The notes: a model not told the origin generated them from the sequence alone. Positions 48,775 through 59,082 are shown, counted from the first letter of the whole stretch. The stretch: 61,027 bases of DNA, filler included, from Chloroflexota bacterium (GCA_043754535.1; 5 parts of 4 records of this genome joined end to end with filler, not necessarily neighbours in it); one strand, 5' to 3'. Numbers and translations are program-made.

Positions 48775-49058
48775 GAGTTTAGGGGCCATCTAAACTCCAG
48801 GCGACCACAGCACCCAGCTAGCCACACAAGGTCGTACAGCTTGCTGGTGGGTGAAGGGCAGGGGCCATCTGACCGCTCATCCTAACCAGCACTTGCGACC
48901 AATAGCGTCGGTGCCGACCGCAGACCAGCGGCCTGCTGCTCAGGCGAGGGGAGAGGGGCCATCCTCCCCCCTCCGAGAGGGGAGCAGCCAGCCGCCATAC
49001 AGATCGAGAAGCCGGTGAGCGGGTGAGGGGCCATCCTCCCCCACTCTGCCGGTCTTCT
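48775..49058 (+). ncRNA. structured mraZ leader: four hairpins with a shared AGGGGCCAUC apex
   Basis: Identical 10-mer at 48781, 48860, 48954, 49026, each capping a different complementary stem. Confidence 0.7.
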
Positions 49059-49094
49059 TTGTCTAGAATGTTCTAGTTTTGAGGGGAAGAAGCG

Positions 49095-49523
49095 ATGTTC
49101 CTCGGCTCGTTTGAACACACTATGGATGCTAAGGGGCGGCTGGCGATACCGGCTCGGTTTCGCAACTCGCTCGGCAGCACCGCAGTGCTTACCCGTAGCC
49201 CCGACCACTGCCTCTACCTCTTTCCAATGGATGCCTGGAACAAGCTGGCCGAACGGCTCAGTCAGTTGTCGCTGGCCGACCGCAACGCCCGCAATATGCA
49301 GCACTTCTTCTTCGGTGGGGCTAGCGATGTGGAACTGGATGCTCAGGGCCGAATCGCCGTGCCAACCATGCTCCGCCAGCACGCTGAAGTCGAAGGCGAC
49401 ACGGTGGTGGTGGGCATGAACACCTACATCGAAATCTGGGCCAGGCAGAAGTGGCAGAACCTTGAAGCACAGGTCAGCGAGGACATTGACAACATCTCGG
49501 CCCAACTAGTTGGGTTGTTCTAA
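49095..49523 (+). CDS. mraZ: transcriptional regulator MraZ
   Basis: MFLG.FEHTMDAKGRLAIP, DAQGRI, IEIW. Confidence 0.96.
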   Translation: MFLGSFEHTMDAKGRLAIPARFRNSLGSTAVLTRSPDHCLYLFPMDAWNKLAERLSQLSLADRNARNMQHFFFGGASDVELDAQGRIAVPTMLRQHAEVEGDTVVVGMNTYIEIWARQKWQNLEAQVSEDIDNISAQLVGLF

Positions 49524-49584
49524 GCCATAATTCTCTCCTCCCTTTCGCGGGGTGGGCAGGGTAGGGGTTGGTGGACGTTAACAA

Positions 49585-50526
49585 ATGCACATCTCGGTAC
49601 TGTATGCAGAAGCGTTGGCGGGGCTGAACATCCGGCCTGGTGGTCGTTACGTTGACGGCACGCTGGGGGCGGGCGGCCATGCAGGGGGTATGCTTGAGGC
49701 TAGTGCGCCAGACGGCTTGCTGCTGGGCATAGACCTTGACCGCAGCGCGATGGCGTTGGCAGCGGAGCGATTGCAGCCGTTCGCTGCCCGCTATCGTCTG
49801 GCCCAGGGCAACTTCGCGCAGATGACAGAGCTTGCCGCCAGCACATGGGGCTGGGAGGCGGGGGAGGTGGACGGCGTGCTGCTCGACCTCGGCCTCAGTT
49901 CAATGCAGCTTGACCAGGGAGAGCGCGGCTTCTCCTTCCGCACGGACGCGCCACTGGATATGCGGATGAACCAGTCCGCAAGTGGCGGGCCAACTGCCGC
50001 CGACCTGCTAGCCGACCTCGACGAGGAGGAGCTTGCCAACCTGCTCTACGAGTATGGCGAGGAGACAGCTAGCCGCCGAGTCGCCCGACGGATCGTAGCA
50101 GCCCGCAAGGAGCAGCCGATCACCACTACCGCGCAGCTAGCGGGAATCGTCAGTGACGCACTGGGCGGCAAGGTAGCGGGGCGCACGCGCAACCCGATCC
50201 ACCCAGCCACCCGCAGCTTCCAGGCTCTGCGGATCGCCGTCAACCGCGAGTTGGAGACGCTGCCCCAGGGTTTGCAGGCGGCCATGCGGCTGCTGAAGCC
50301 AGGGGGCAGGCTGGAGGTGATCAGCTTCCACTCGCTGGAAGATCGCGCCGTCAAGCAGTTTATGCAGCGCGAGGCGGGCGGCTATGTGGAGGGCAGCATC
50401 TACGCGCATGAGCGGCCAGCGACGCTCAGGCTGCTGACGCGCAAGCCGACAGTGCCGGGTGAGCAGGAGGGGCGCGACAACCCCCGCGCCCGCAGCGCGA
50501 AACTGCGGGTAGCCGAGAAAATCTAG
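49585..50526 (+). CDS. rsmH: 16S rRNA m4C1402 methyltransferase
   Basis: HISVL, DGTLGAGGH, DLGLSSMQLD, FQALRIAVN, ISFHSLEDR, NPRARSAKLR. Confidence 0.96.
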   Translation: MHISVLYAEALAGLNIRPGGRYVDGTLGAGGHAGGMLEASAPDGLLLGIDLDRSAMALAAERLQPFAARYRLAQGNFAQMTELAASTWGWEAGEVDGVLLDLGLSSMQLDQGERGFSFRTDAPLDMRMNQSASGGPTAADLLADLDEEELANLLYEYGEETASRRVARRIVAARKEQPITTTAQLAGIVSDALGGKVAGRTRNPIHPATRSFQALRIAVNRELETLPQGLQAAMRLLKPGGRLEVISFHSLEDRAVKQFMQREAGGYVEGSIYAHERPATLRLLTRKPTVPGEQEGRDNPRARSAKLRVAEKI

Positions 50527-50654
50527 GGCAGAGAGGGCAGAGAAAAGAGGAAAGCAGTGCGGCACTGGTCAGTAGTCAGACTTCTTTCCTCTTTTATCTT
50601 CCAGCTTTGCCTGCAATAATAGCACCAATCCTAACCTCTCAGGAGCAACTGCTT

Positions 50655-51058
50655 ATGGCCGTCCAGTCTATGGGGCTACCGCGCAACCGACGCGACGACT
50701 CCCTCTCTGCTACGCGGGTACGCACCCGCCGCCAACACCTGCCTCGCTACCTCGAACTGCACCCGGCAGTGCGCTACTTGCTGGCGGTTGCGCTGGTCTG
50801 CGCGATCAGCCTGCTTTATCTGATGCAGACTAGCCAGGTCGCCAGCCAGTCCTACCGCCTGCGCGCATTTGAGGCGCAGCGTAACGCGGTGGTGCGCGAC
50901 AACAACCGCCTGCAACTGCAAATCGCCGAACTCAAGTCCCGCACCCGCATCCAGCAGATCGCCCGCAACAAGCTGGGCATGGTACCACTGGGCAAGAACG
51001 TGATCTACGTGCTGGTAGACGACCGCGCGACCAACACCAGTGCCGAGGCTCCGCCGCA
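50655..51058 (+). CDS. ftsL: cell division protein FtsL-like, 3'-truncated
   Basis: TM plus coiled coil, RIQQIARNKLGM; position after rsmH. Confidence 0.8.
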
Positions 51059-51158
51059 NNNNNNNNNNNNNNNNNNNNNNNNNNNNNNNNNNNNNNNNNN
51101 NNTTAATTAATTAANNNNNNNNNNNNNNNNNNNNNNNNNNNNNNNNNNNNNNNNNNNN
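51059..51158. other. artificial contig linker
   Basis: N-TTAATTAATTAA-N. Confidence 0.98.
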
Positions 51159-51159
51159 C

Positions 51160-51465
51160 ATTCAGCATCTTACGCACGACCTCGGCGTGAACCTGGCTGG
51201 CGTGCAGATCATCTTGGAGATGCTCGACGAACTGGGCAAGCACGGCCTCGACTACAGCGAAACGCTGCTCAACAAGCAGCCAGCCGCCAAAAAGTTACGC
51301 GCCCGTCCTCTGTGGCGGGCCTGGGGAGGTAGCACACCGCTATGGCAGACAACGACAAGCAGAAAGACGAGCATTCTAGCTCCAAGGTCAACCTGGTTGA
51401 GGTTGGCAAAAACACGATCCAGGAGTTCGGCGACGACGATATGCCCACCTATGCAGGCGCGCTAA
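51160..51465 (+). CDS. MerR-family (HspR-like) regulator, 3' fragment
   Basis: IQHLTHDLGVNLAGVQIILEM resembles the HspR C-terminus; long overlap with the next gene makes the end uncertain. Confidence 0.55.
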   Translation: MQHLTHDLGVNLAGVQIILEMLDELGKHGLDYSETLLNKQPAAKKLRARPLWRAWGGSTPLWQTTTSRKTSILAPRSTWLRLAKTRSRSSATTICPPMQAR

Positions 51466-52505
51466 CCTATTTCATCTTCCTCGCTATCTTCCCCCTCGCT
51501 CTGCTCGCCCTGGCAGTCGTTGCCTTGCTCTACAACTCGGAGGAAGGGCGCAGGACGATCAGTGACGCGATCACCAAAAGTTTCCCCGGCCTGGGCGAGA
51601 CGGTGATCAAGAGCGCGGTTGACAACGCGACCAAGGAGGGCGGCGGGGCCAGCATCGGCGGTGTAATCGGCCTCGTCTTCTCCTCGCTTGGTATCTTTGG
51701 CACCCTTTCGCACGCCATGACCATCGCCTGGGACGTGAAGGCCAAGAGCAACATCGTATTCGATTACTTTCGCAATCTACTCAGCCTGCTAGTGGCAGGA
51801 GGGTTGTTCCTGGCGGTCAACGTCGCCAGCGGGGTACTGGGGGTGGTCTCCAGCGGGGCGCAGGACCTGGCGTTCCTCGGTCTCAGGCTGCCGCCCTGGG
51901 TCTTCTACATCGTCAACCTGCTGATCTCAGTGCTGCTGCTCTGGTTGGTGCTGATCATCGTCTACAAGTTCCTGCCACGAACGAAGATCGATTTCAAAGA
52001 CGTGATCCTCGGCTCATTGGTTGGTGCGCTTGGCCTCACGCTACTGCAAAACTTGTTTGCCTTCTACCTGGCCTTTGCCAACAACAGCAAGGTCTATGGC
52101 CCGCTTGGTTCGCTGGTTGGTCTCCTTTTCTACATCTACATCGCTGCCCAAATCCTGCTGATTGGGGCGGAGTTCTGCTCTGAATATGCGAAGCAACGTA
52201 GGGAGGTAACGGAGAAGGGTGCCAGCAGGCAGCAGGTAGCCAGCGAGCGTAAGTCAAGCATCGCGCAGGCCGCCGAGCAGAAGCGCACCCAGGCGGAGGA
52301 GGAATTGGCCGCCGTGCGCGCTCGCATCAGCCAGCGGCAGCAGGCTAGCCAGCAGCGGATAGACCCGGCAGCGGCAGGAGCCGGGGGTCGTACCCTTGCG
52401 CAGAAGCAGGATGAGACGCTGGTCAAGGCCGCCCCAGTGGTGGCAGTGGCCGCAGGCGGCGCACTGCTAGCGGGGCTGCTTGCAAGATTGACCGGCAAGA
52501 AGTAG
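51342..52505 (+). CDS. YihY/BrkB family membrane protein
   Basis: AGALTYFIFLAIFPL, IVYKFLP, YGPLGSLVGLLFYIYIAAQILLIGAEF. Confidence 0.9.
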   Translation: MADNDKQKDEHSSSKVNLVEVGKNTIQEFGDDDMPTYAGALTYFIFLAIFPLALLALAVVALLYNSEEGRRTISDAITKSFPGLGETVIKSAVDNATKEGGGASIGGVIGLVFSSLGIFGTLSHAMTIAWDVKAKSNIVFDYFRNLLSLLVAGGLFLAVNVASGVLGVVSSGAQDLAFLGLRLPPWVFYIVNLLISVLLLWLVLIIVYKFLPRTKIDFKDVILGSLVGALGLTLLQNLFAFYLAFANNSKVYGPLGSLVGLLFYIYIAAQILLIGAEFCSEYAKQRREVTEKGASRQQVASERKSSIAQAAEQKRTQAEEELAAVRARISQRQQASQQRIDPAAAGAGGRTLAQKQDETLVKAAPVVAVAAGGALLAGLLARLTGKK

Positions 52506-52581
52506 AATAAAGCGAAGTTTGCTGTTCCCCACGTGGGGTGGCAAGGTGGGTGTTTCCACTAACAACAAGGAGAAAAGGCAA

Positions 52582-52749
52582 ATGCGGAATATCATGGAAG
52601 CGATGCAAGGCGGGCGCGGTGGCGATCAGGAGGAGTTGCCTCGCCGCATCCTCGAAGCGGTATTGACCATCCTGCTTACCACCCTGGCAACCCGCCTCGC
52701 GGTGATGCTAGTAGATCGCATCCTCGGCGAACCGAAGGGTGGCCGCTAG
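52582..52749 (+). CDS. small single-helix hypothetical protein
   Basis: AAGGAG RBS; 55 aa with a hydrophobic helix. Confidence 0.55.
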   Translation: MRNIMEAMQGGRGGDQEELPRRILEAVLTILLTTLATRLAVMLVDRILGEPKGGR

Positions 52750-53758
52750 AGCAGTGGCATTGATTGGTGCTGAGAGTCGGGCGCAGGTTGCCTGGCTCTC
52801 TTGTTTTTGCTGGGCGCACAGGAGTAGCTAACTTTAGCTGTTGGTCGAAGAATTGGTAGAGGCGGCTGCGGTAGGTGTCTGGCTCCTGCTCGTAGGTAAG
52901 CGAGTGGGCGGCATTGTGGATCACTACCAGATCGCTCTGTGGGCTGTGGCTGGCAGCACGTAGCTCCTGCGCTTGCGCGAAGGGGATCAGCTCGTCGCTG
53001 TCGCTGTGGAAGAAAAGGATGGGCCGCTCTGCTTGCGCCCGCACCTTGTCTACGGGGCGTAGGTCGGGATCAACCCCGAACAACGGCCCCAGGGCCAGGG
53101 TCGGCCCAGTGTAGAAGGAAAGGGGGCCAAGCCGTCTACCCAACTCCGCTTCTAGCAGCGGGCGCAACTCAGCGTAGCCGCTGTCCACCACCACTGCGCC
53201 GAGGGTAGGCATCTGGTCGGAGGTTTCCAGCAATGACGCACCACCCATGCTGACCCCAATCATGCCCATCTTCGCTGGCTGATAACCCTGCGCCTGCATG
53301 AAGTCGTAGGCGGCCAGCACATCGTGCCACTCTTTGTTGCCGAGCGTCTGGTGGTCGCCACCGCTCTCGCCACTGGCCCTTTGGTCAAAGAGCAGCACGT
53401 CATAGCCATCCTTGATCAACTGGCGGGCCAGGGGAGCGTGATTGCCGTAGCGTTGCGAGTACCAGCCGTGGATGAAGACGACGCTGCGCCCGTTTGGGTG
53501 TTCGCTGTTGAACAGCCAGCCCTTGAGTGGCACCTGATCTTCGTGGCTAGCGAAGGCGACATTGCGCCACTTCGGGCCAATCCAGTCAGCCACCTCTGCC
53601 TTCATCGTCAGGTGGATCGGCCAGGTCATGCCCACCGCGATGATCAGCGGTAGGGTGAGCAGAATCAGGGTGAGAGTGGCAAGTAGTACGTTGCGTAGTC
53701 GCTTGCTGCTGCGCCGTCGTGGTGCCGCAACCTGTATCTCCAGTGCTGTCAGGGCCAT
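52676..53758 (-). CDS. membrane-anchored alpha/beta hydrolase
   Basis: N-terminal TM, HGW, DQRASGESGG, GVSMG, D..IP, AAH. Confidence 0.85.
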   Translation of the reverse strand: MALTALEIQVAAPRRRSSKRLRNVLLATLTLILLTLPLIIAVGMTWPIHLTMKAEVADWIGPKWRNVAFASHEDQVPLKGWLFNSEHPNGRSVVFIHGWYSQRYGNHAPLARQLIKDGYDVLLFDQRASGESGGDHQTLGNKEWHDVLAAYDFMQAQGYQPAKMGMIGVSMGGASLLETSDQMPTLGAVVVDSGYAELRPLLEAELGRRLGPLSFYTGPTLALGPLFGVDPDLRPVDKVRAQAERPILFFHSDSDELIPFAQAQELRAASHSPQSDLVVIHNAAHSLTYEQEPDTYRSRLYQFFDQQLKLATPVRPAKTREPGNLRPTLSTNQCHCSSGHPSVRRGCDLLASPRGGLPGW

Positions 53759-56683
53759 CTATGCTTCCTTGCTGGCTTCCCTCGCTTTGCGCTGCAATTC
53801 GTACAGCCGTGTCATCGCCTCAATCGGCGACATCTCATCTACTCTCATACTAGTCAGTTCGCTAGCCAGAGCTTCGAGGGCAGGGTTGGCAGCAGCAACC
53901 TCTACTTCAAGCGCGGGTGGGGCGATCACGGCACTACCGTTGCCAGAGCCAAACATCAACATCTGGTTGCTGCCCACCTGGTTGAGGCGGGTCATCGCCC
54001 CACGTCGTTCCTCCTTGCCGCCGCTGCGTTCCAGTTCGGTCAGCACCTCGTTGGCCCTGCGGATCACGCTGCGTGGCAGGCCCGCCATCTCTGCCACGTG
54101 GATGCCGTAGCTGCGGTCGGCCCCGCCACGCACGATCTGGCGCAGGAAGATCACGTGGTCGCCCTCCTCGGCCACCGCCACGTTGTAGTTCCGCACGCGG
54201 GGTAGTAGCTTCTCAAGCTCGGTTAGCTCGTGGTAGTGGGTGGCGAACAGCGTCTTTGCACCCAGGCGCGGGCTATTGTGCAGGTACTCGACGATAGCGC
54301 GGGCGATAGCCAGGCCGTCATAGGTGCTGGTGCCACGCCCGATCTCGTCCAGGATGATCAGGCTGCGCCGGGTGGCATGGTTGAGGATGTTGGCCGTCTC
54401 TACCATCTCGACCATGAAGGTAGACTGACCAGTGGCGAGGTCGTCCTGCGCACCAATACGGGTGAAGATGCGGTCAACCAGGCCGATCTGTGCGCGCTGA
54501 GCTGGCACCCAGGAGCCGATCTGGGCCATCAGGGTGATCAGCGCGACCTGCCGCAAGTAGGTGGACTTGCCCGCCATGTTGGGGCCGGTAATCAGCAGCA
54601 GTTGCTCCTCGTCAGCCGAGAGGCTCAGGTCGTTCGGCACAAATGGTTCGCCGCGCAAGGCCAGTTCGACGACCGGGTGGCGGCCCGCGACGATCTCGAT
54701 GCGCTCGCCCTCGTCCAGGGTCGGGCAGGCGTAGTTGTTGGCGACCGCCGTCTCTGCTAGCCCCGCGAAGACCGCGATGTGGGCGATAGCATTGGCCGTC
54801 GCCATCAACTGGTCGGCCTGCTCGGTGATCGCCTTGAGGATGCGGAAGAACGCCTTGCGCTCAATCTCCACCAACCTGTCCTGTGCGGTCAGTATCTGGT
54901 TCTCAAGCTCCTTCAGCGCGGGGGTAACGTAGCGGTTGGCGTTGACCAACGTCTGCTTCTGCACGTAGTCGGTGGGTATCTTGCTGTTGTTGTTTGAGCC
55001 ATGCCCAATCTCGATGTAGTAGCCAAACACGCTGTTGTTGCTGATCTTCAGCGTTTTGATGCCTGTGCGCTCGCGTTCGCGCTCCTGCATCTTCGCCAGG
55101 ATTTCCTCGGCGTTGTCCAGGATGTAGCGCGCCTCGTCGTAGTCGCGGTCATAGCCGGGCGCAATCGCCTTGCCCTTGCCCAGCACCGTGACCGCCTCGC
55201 CAGCCTCGTTGCGGTAAATCGCGCTTTCCACCAACTGACAGATGTCTGTGCAATCGGTCAGGCGGGCAGTTAGCGCACCAAAGATCGCATCTCGCTTCCG
55301 TTCTCCGCTCACACTAGTTGGTAGGATGGGGGTTCCTGTCTCATCCTCGTCTGCCGGGCTGGTTGCGGTGGGCCGCGTTGCGCCAAACAGTTCCTTCAGG
55401 CGTGGCACCTTGAGCAGCGACAGGCTGAGAGCGACCAGTTCACGCGGCAAGGCAATGTTCTGGGCAATACGGTTGGTGATCCGTTCAATGTCGGATATGC
55501 TGCTAAGGGTTTGCAGAATCTCCGCTCGCTTGCCGTGCGCCTCAACCAGTGCGCTGACCGCGTCTTGCCGCGCTCGCAGCCGATTGAGATCGATCAGTGG
55601 TTGCGACAGCCAGCGGGTGAGCAGCCGTGCGCCCATTGCCGTCTTGACTTCGCGGCCCAGCACGCTGATCAGGGTGAAGGCCCGTTCGCCGTTGCGCTCA
55701 ACCAGTTCAAGGTTGCGGCGCGTCTGTGGGTCAAGGTTCATGAAGTTCTCGACTGAGTAGGTGGTCAGCTTGCTGATCTGGGCCAGAGCGGTCGGGTTGG
55801 TGTCGCGCAGGTAGGCGGCCACCGCCCCGGCAGCACGGATCGCCAGCGGCAGTTTGGCGCAGCCGAAAGGCTCCAGCGTGGGCGTGCCGAAGTGTTGAAG
55901 CAGCAACGCCCGCGCTCGCTCCAACCCCCAGTAGACCATTGGATGCGGGCTTTGGGCAGCGGTGGTGATGTCGCTTGGTGGGGCAATGTCGGCCTGTGTA
56001 GGGCTAGCCACTGCGTCGTTCGCCCCCTCGCTCGACCAACGGCGCATCTCGGCGGTAGAGGCAGGGCGGGTAGTGCGCGGGTTGATCGCCGCTGGCACAA
56101 GTACCTCGGCGGCCCCGATGCGGTCAAGCTCTTGCCTGAGGCGCAGGAGGGTATCCGCGCCCTCGATCTGGGTGGTGTGGAACTCGCCAGTGGTGATGTC
56201 CACGTAGGCCAGGCCCGCCTTCTCACCGTCTAGCAACACGGCGGCCAGGTAGTTATTGCGTGTCTCGCTCAACATCCCCGGCTCGACGACGGTGCCAGGG
56301 GTGATCACCCGACTGATCTTGCGCTCACGTAGCTCCTTGTTGCTGGTCTCGACCTGATCCGTGACCGCTACCTTGTAGCCTTTGGCGATCAGCCGCGCAA
56401 TGTAGTTCTCCGCAGCGTGGTAGGGAACGCCCGCCATGGGGGTGCGGTCTGGGCTGCCGATCAGCATCTCGCGGCTGGTCAGCACCACGTCAAGCTCGCT
56501 CGACACGATGAAAGCGTCGGTCTCGAACGTCTCATAGAAGTCACCCAGGCGGAAAAAGAGGATCATGTCGGGATAATCGGCCTTGAGGGCTAGCCACTGC
56601 TTGTAGATCGCAGTGGGCTGACCCTTGCTGTCTTTGGTTTTGCTGCTCTGCTGCCCGCGGTTGTACGGCATCTTTCGCTCCAC
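53759..56683 (-). CDS. mutS: DNA mismatch repair protein MutS
   Basis: FRLGDFYETF, TGPNMAGKSTYLRQ, STFMVEM, DEIGRGT, ATHYHEL, SYGIHVA. Confidence 0.97.
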   Translation of the reverse strand: MERKMPYNRGQQSSKTKDSKGQPTAIYKQWLALKADYPDMILFFRLGDFYETFETDAFIVSSELDVVLTSREMLIGSPDRTPMAGVPYHAAENYIARLIAKGYKVAVTDQVETSNKELRERKISRVITPGTVVEPGMLSETRNNYLAAVLLDGEKAGLAYVDITTGEFHTTQIEGADTLLRLRQELDRIGAAEVLVPAAINPRTTRPASTAEMRRWSSEGANDAVASPTQADIAPPSDITTAAQSPHPMVYWGLERARALLLQHFGTPTLEPFGCAKLPLAIRAAGAVAAYLRDTNPTALAQISKLTTYSVENFMNLDPQTRRNLELVERNGERAFTLISVLGREVKTAMGARLLTRWLSQPLIDLNRLRARQDAVSALVEAHGKRAEILQTLSSISDIERITNRIAQNIALPRELVALSLSLLKVPRLKELFGATRPTATSPADEDETGTPILPTSVSGERKRDAIFGALTARLTDCTDICQLVESAIYRNEAGEAVTVLGKGKAIAPGYDRDYDEARYILDNAEEILAKMQERERERTGIKTLKISNNSVFGYYIEIGHGSNNNSKIPTDYVQKQTLVNANRYVTPALKELENQILTAQDRLVEIERKAFFRILKAITEQADQLMATANAIAHIAVFAGLAETAVANNYACPTLDEGERIEIVAGRHPVVELALRGEPFVPNDLSLSADEEQLLLITGPNMAGKSTYLRQVALITLMAQIGSWVPAQRAQIGLVDRIFTRIGAQDDLATGQSTFMVEMVETANILNHATRRSLIILDEIGRGTSTYDGLAIARAIVEYLHNSPRLGAKTLFATHYHELTELEKLLPRVRNYNVAVAEEGDHVIFLRQIVRGGADRSYGIHVAEMAGLPRSVIRRANEVLTELERSGGKEERRGAMTRLNQVGSNQMLMFGSGNGSAVIAPPALEVEVAAANPALEALASELTSMRVDEMSPIEAMTRLYELQRKAREASKEA

Positions 56684-56826
56684 TTCTCTCCTGAAACTGG
56701 CATATTAGCACATATGTATGAGTTATTCTACCCGATCTGACTCGCTCTTGACAAGTTTGGGCGCATTGTATCACATCCAGATGCGTTATAATAGGCAGAG
56801 ATAACGGCTTGAGGAGGGGTAGCAGC

Positions 56827-58023
56827 ATGGCTAGCAACAGCGACGGTGGCGGTGGCGGTGGCGGCTTCAATCCACTGGGCATCCCCGTGACGCTCAAAGA
56901 CTTGCGCTCGTTGTGGAGCAGCGTGGATTGGCAGGGCATCCGCCAGCAGGTGCGTGCCGAGGCGAACGCGCAGATCGTGATCGTTGGGCCGGTCAACTCT
57001 GGCAAGAGTACCCTGTTCAACCTCTTGCAGGGCGGTGAGGTCAGCGAAGTCAGCCCGATTGGGGGGACGACCCGGCGCAATATTGGTGAGCAGCTTGGCC
57101 CCTTCACCCTGGTAGACACTCCTGGCTTTGGCGAAATGGGCGACACCGAGCGGGCTAACACCGCTCTGGCGGCAGTGCGCGGCGCAGGCGTAGTGATCAT
57201 GTTGCTAGATGCGGCCCAGGGCTTGCGCGAAGGCGACATCGCTCTCTATCGTGCGCTCCGCAAGAGCAACCAACCCGTAGTGGTCGTCCTCAACAAGGTT
57301 GACCTGCTGCACAAGAGTGGCCTCTTGCGGCGCGGCGGTGACCAGGCCGAAGTTGACAAGGTGGTGGCCGACATGAGCAACTACCTAGCCACCCCGGTGA
57401 TCCCGATCTCCGCCAAGACAGGCAGCAACGTGGCCGAGCGGCTGATCCCAGCAGTGCTGGCGCAGCAACCCGCAATGGCGGTGGCGATTGGCCGCGAACT
57501 GCCCGCCTTTCGCCGCATGGCCGCCCAGCAGGTGATCAAGCGATCCATGCTGATCAGCACCATTGCTGGAGCCGAGCCGATCCCCTTTATTGACATCCCG
57601 ATTGTGATCGCCAAACAGGTGCAGATGGTCACACGGCTGGCGGCGGTCTACGGCGAACCGTTGGAGAGCAAGAACGCCCGCGAACTGATGGGGGCGATCC
57701 TCGGCGGCCTCAGTGTGCGCTACCTTGCCCAGCAGGGGGCTAAGTTTGCAGCGCGCGAGACGGTGGCAAAGGTGATCCCTATCGCGGGTAATATTGTGGC
57801 GGCCAGCTTTGCTGCCGCTGGCACCTGGGCGATAGGGCAGGCGGTCGCCCAGTACTATGAGAGTGGCAAGCGGTTGAGCATGGCCGAACTGAATGCCACC
57901 TACAACCGCCTGCTCACCCAGCGGCCCTTCAGCCTCGAACGCAAACAAGGGGAGCCACTACCCGATGCGGACGAGCAGCCTGAAGTGGATCGGGACACAC
58001 GTCGGCTACCAGGGCGCAATTAG
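56827..58023 (+). CDS. Era-like GTPase fused to DUF697/YcjF domain
   Basis: GPVNSGKS, GTT, DTPG, NKVD, SAK; PIPFIDIP..QVQMV.RLAAVYG. Confidence 0.85.
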   Translation: MASNSDGGGGGGGFNPLGIPVTLKDLRSLWSSVDWQGIRQQVRAEANAQIVIVGPVNSGKSTLFNLLQGGEVSEVSPIGGTTRRNIGEQLGPFTLVDTPGFGEMGDTERANTALAAVRGAGVVIMLLDAAQGLREGDIALYRALRKSNQPVVVVLNKVDLLHKSGLLRRGGDQAEVDKVVADMSNYLATPVIPISAKTGSNVAERLIPAVLAQQPAMAVAIGRELPAFRRMAAQQVIKRSMLISTIAGAEPIPFIDIPIVIAKQVQMVTRLAAVYGEPLESKNARELMGAILGGLSVRYLAQQGAKFAARETVAKVIPIAGNIVAASFAAAGTWAIGQAVAQYYESGKRLSMAELNATYNRLLTQRPFSLERKQGEPLPDADEQPEVDRDTRRLPGRN

Positions 58024-58074
58024 CTGCGATCTGGTATAATGGGCGCGACCTGAACGAGAGAGGAAACCGCCCTT

Positions 58075-59082
58075 TTGCAAGAGACTATCACCAACACCCT
58101 TACTGCTGTGCTGACTGCCAGCGGCACCGTTACTGCCACTGGCAGCGTTACGCCAACTGTGCCAATCAACATCCCGCTACCGGGCAATACTGGCTTGCTG
58201 ATCACCAGCTACGGAGTGGTGATGGCCTTCGCGCTGGTACTGGCTGTCGCCCCAGCCCTCTACCTGCGGCGGCGATTTGGGGCCACCTGGCTCAACTTCG
58301 GTTGGGGCGCATTCGTGGGCATCGTCGCCCAGTTCGCTATCGGCTATCTGGTGCAGCCGCTGGCCGCCAGCGTGGTGGGGGGCGACCCCAGCAAGTTGCA
58401 GGGCTTCAACCTCTTTCTCGCCGAACTGGTGTTGATCGCCTTCAGCGCGATCCTCAACATCGCCCTACTCTATCTGGCCTATGTGCTGATCCTCAAGTGG
58501 ATATACGACCGTACCTGGGCCAACGCGATGATGTTCGGCGCAGGCGGCCTCGCCCTAAATGCGATTGGCAGCCTGGCCTTCGCTGCGCTCCAGGGTCTCA
58601 GCTTCCTGCTAGGCCCACCCACCGAACTGCCAGTTGATCAGGTAGCCTCCTACCGTGATTTCGTCAAGAGTCTGGGGACGTTGAGTGGGGTTGAGCCGCT
58701 GTTCTCGCTGCTCAGTGTCGCCGCCCAGGGTGCCGTCTTGTTCGGGGTGGCGGTGCTGGTGATGCAGACGCTCAAGGGGCGGGGCTGGCAGTGGGCAGCT
58801 ATCGCCCTCGCTCTCTACGCTGCGCCCAACGTGGTCGCCTCGTTCGCGGGCAATGTCCTCTCACCCAATGGCTTGCTGGTCGCGGGGGCGGTTAACTACC
58901 CGCTGCTGCTTGGTTGCGCACTGGTCGGCCTCTACTTTGTGCGCCGCTTCTTCGAGGTCGAGGTTAGGGATGAGCAGAGAGAGGCAGTGCAGGCCGCCGC
59001 CAACCCGCCCCGCGCCGTAGAGCAGGTGATGAGCGACATCAAAGAGGAGCCACCTGCCCCCCGCAACCGCCGCCGCCGCTAA
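58075..59082 (+). CDS. YhfC/DUF2324-like intramembrane protein (divergent)
   Basis: FGWGAFVGIVAQ, TWANAMMFGAG; multi-TM; TTG start uncertain. Confidence 0.55.
   Translation: MQETITNTLTAVLTASGTVTATGSVTPTVPINIPLPGNTGLLITSYGVVMAFALVLAVAPALYLRRRFGATWLNFGWGAFVGIVAQFAIGYLVQPLAASVVGGDPSKLQGFNLFLAELVLIAFSAILNIALLYLAYVLILKWIYDRTWANAMMFGAGGLALNAIGSLAFAALQGLSFLLGPPTELPVDQVASYRDFVKSLGTLSGVEPLFSLLSVAAQGAVLFGVAVLVMQTLKGRGWQWAAIALALYAAPNVVASFAGNVLSPNGLLVAGAVNYPLLLGCALVGLYFVRRFFEVEVRDEQREAVQAAANPPRAVEQVMSDIKEEPPAPRNRRRR

Noticed and set aside
48775..49058. mraZ leader repeats as a CRISPR array
   Set aside because: The repeat is only 10-17 nt, spacing is irregular, flanks base-pair and no cas genes are present
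50655..50660. ftsL start AUGGCC complementary to the leader loop GGCCAU
   Set aside because: A 6-nt match is expected by chance
10080..51158. Four identical TTAATTAATTAA sequences flanked by N runs
   Set aside because: Artificial contig linkers; ORFs containing X and adjacency across them are artefacts
56700..56730. SOS box upstream of mutS (ATAC-ATAT-GTGC)
   Set aside because: Three mismatches to GAAC-N4-GTTC; too weak to call
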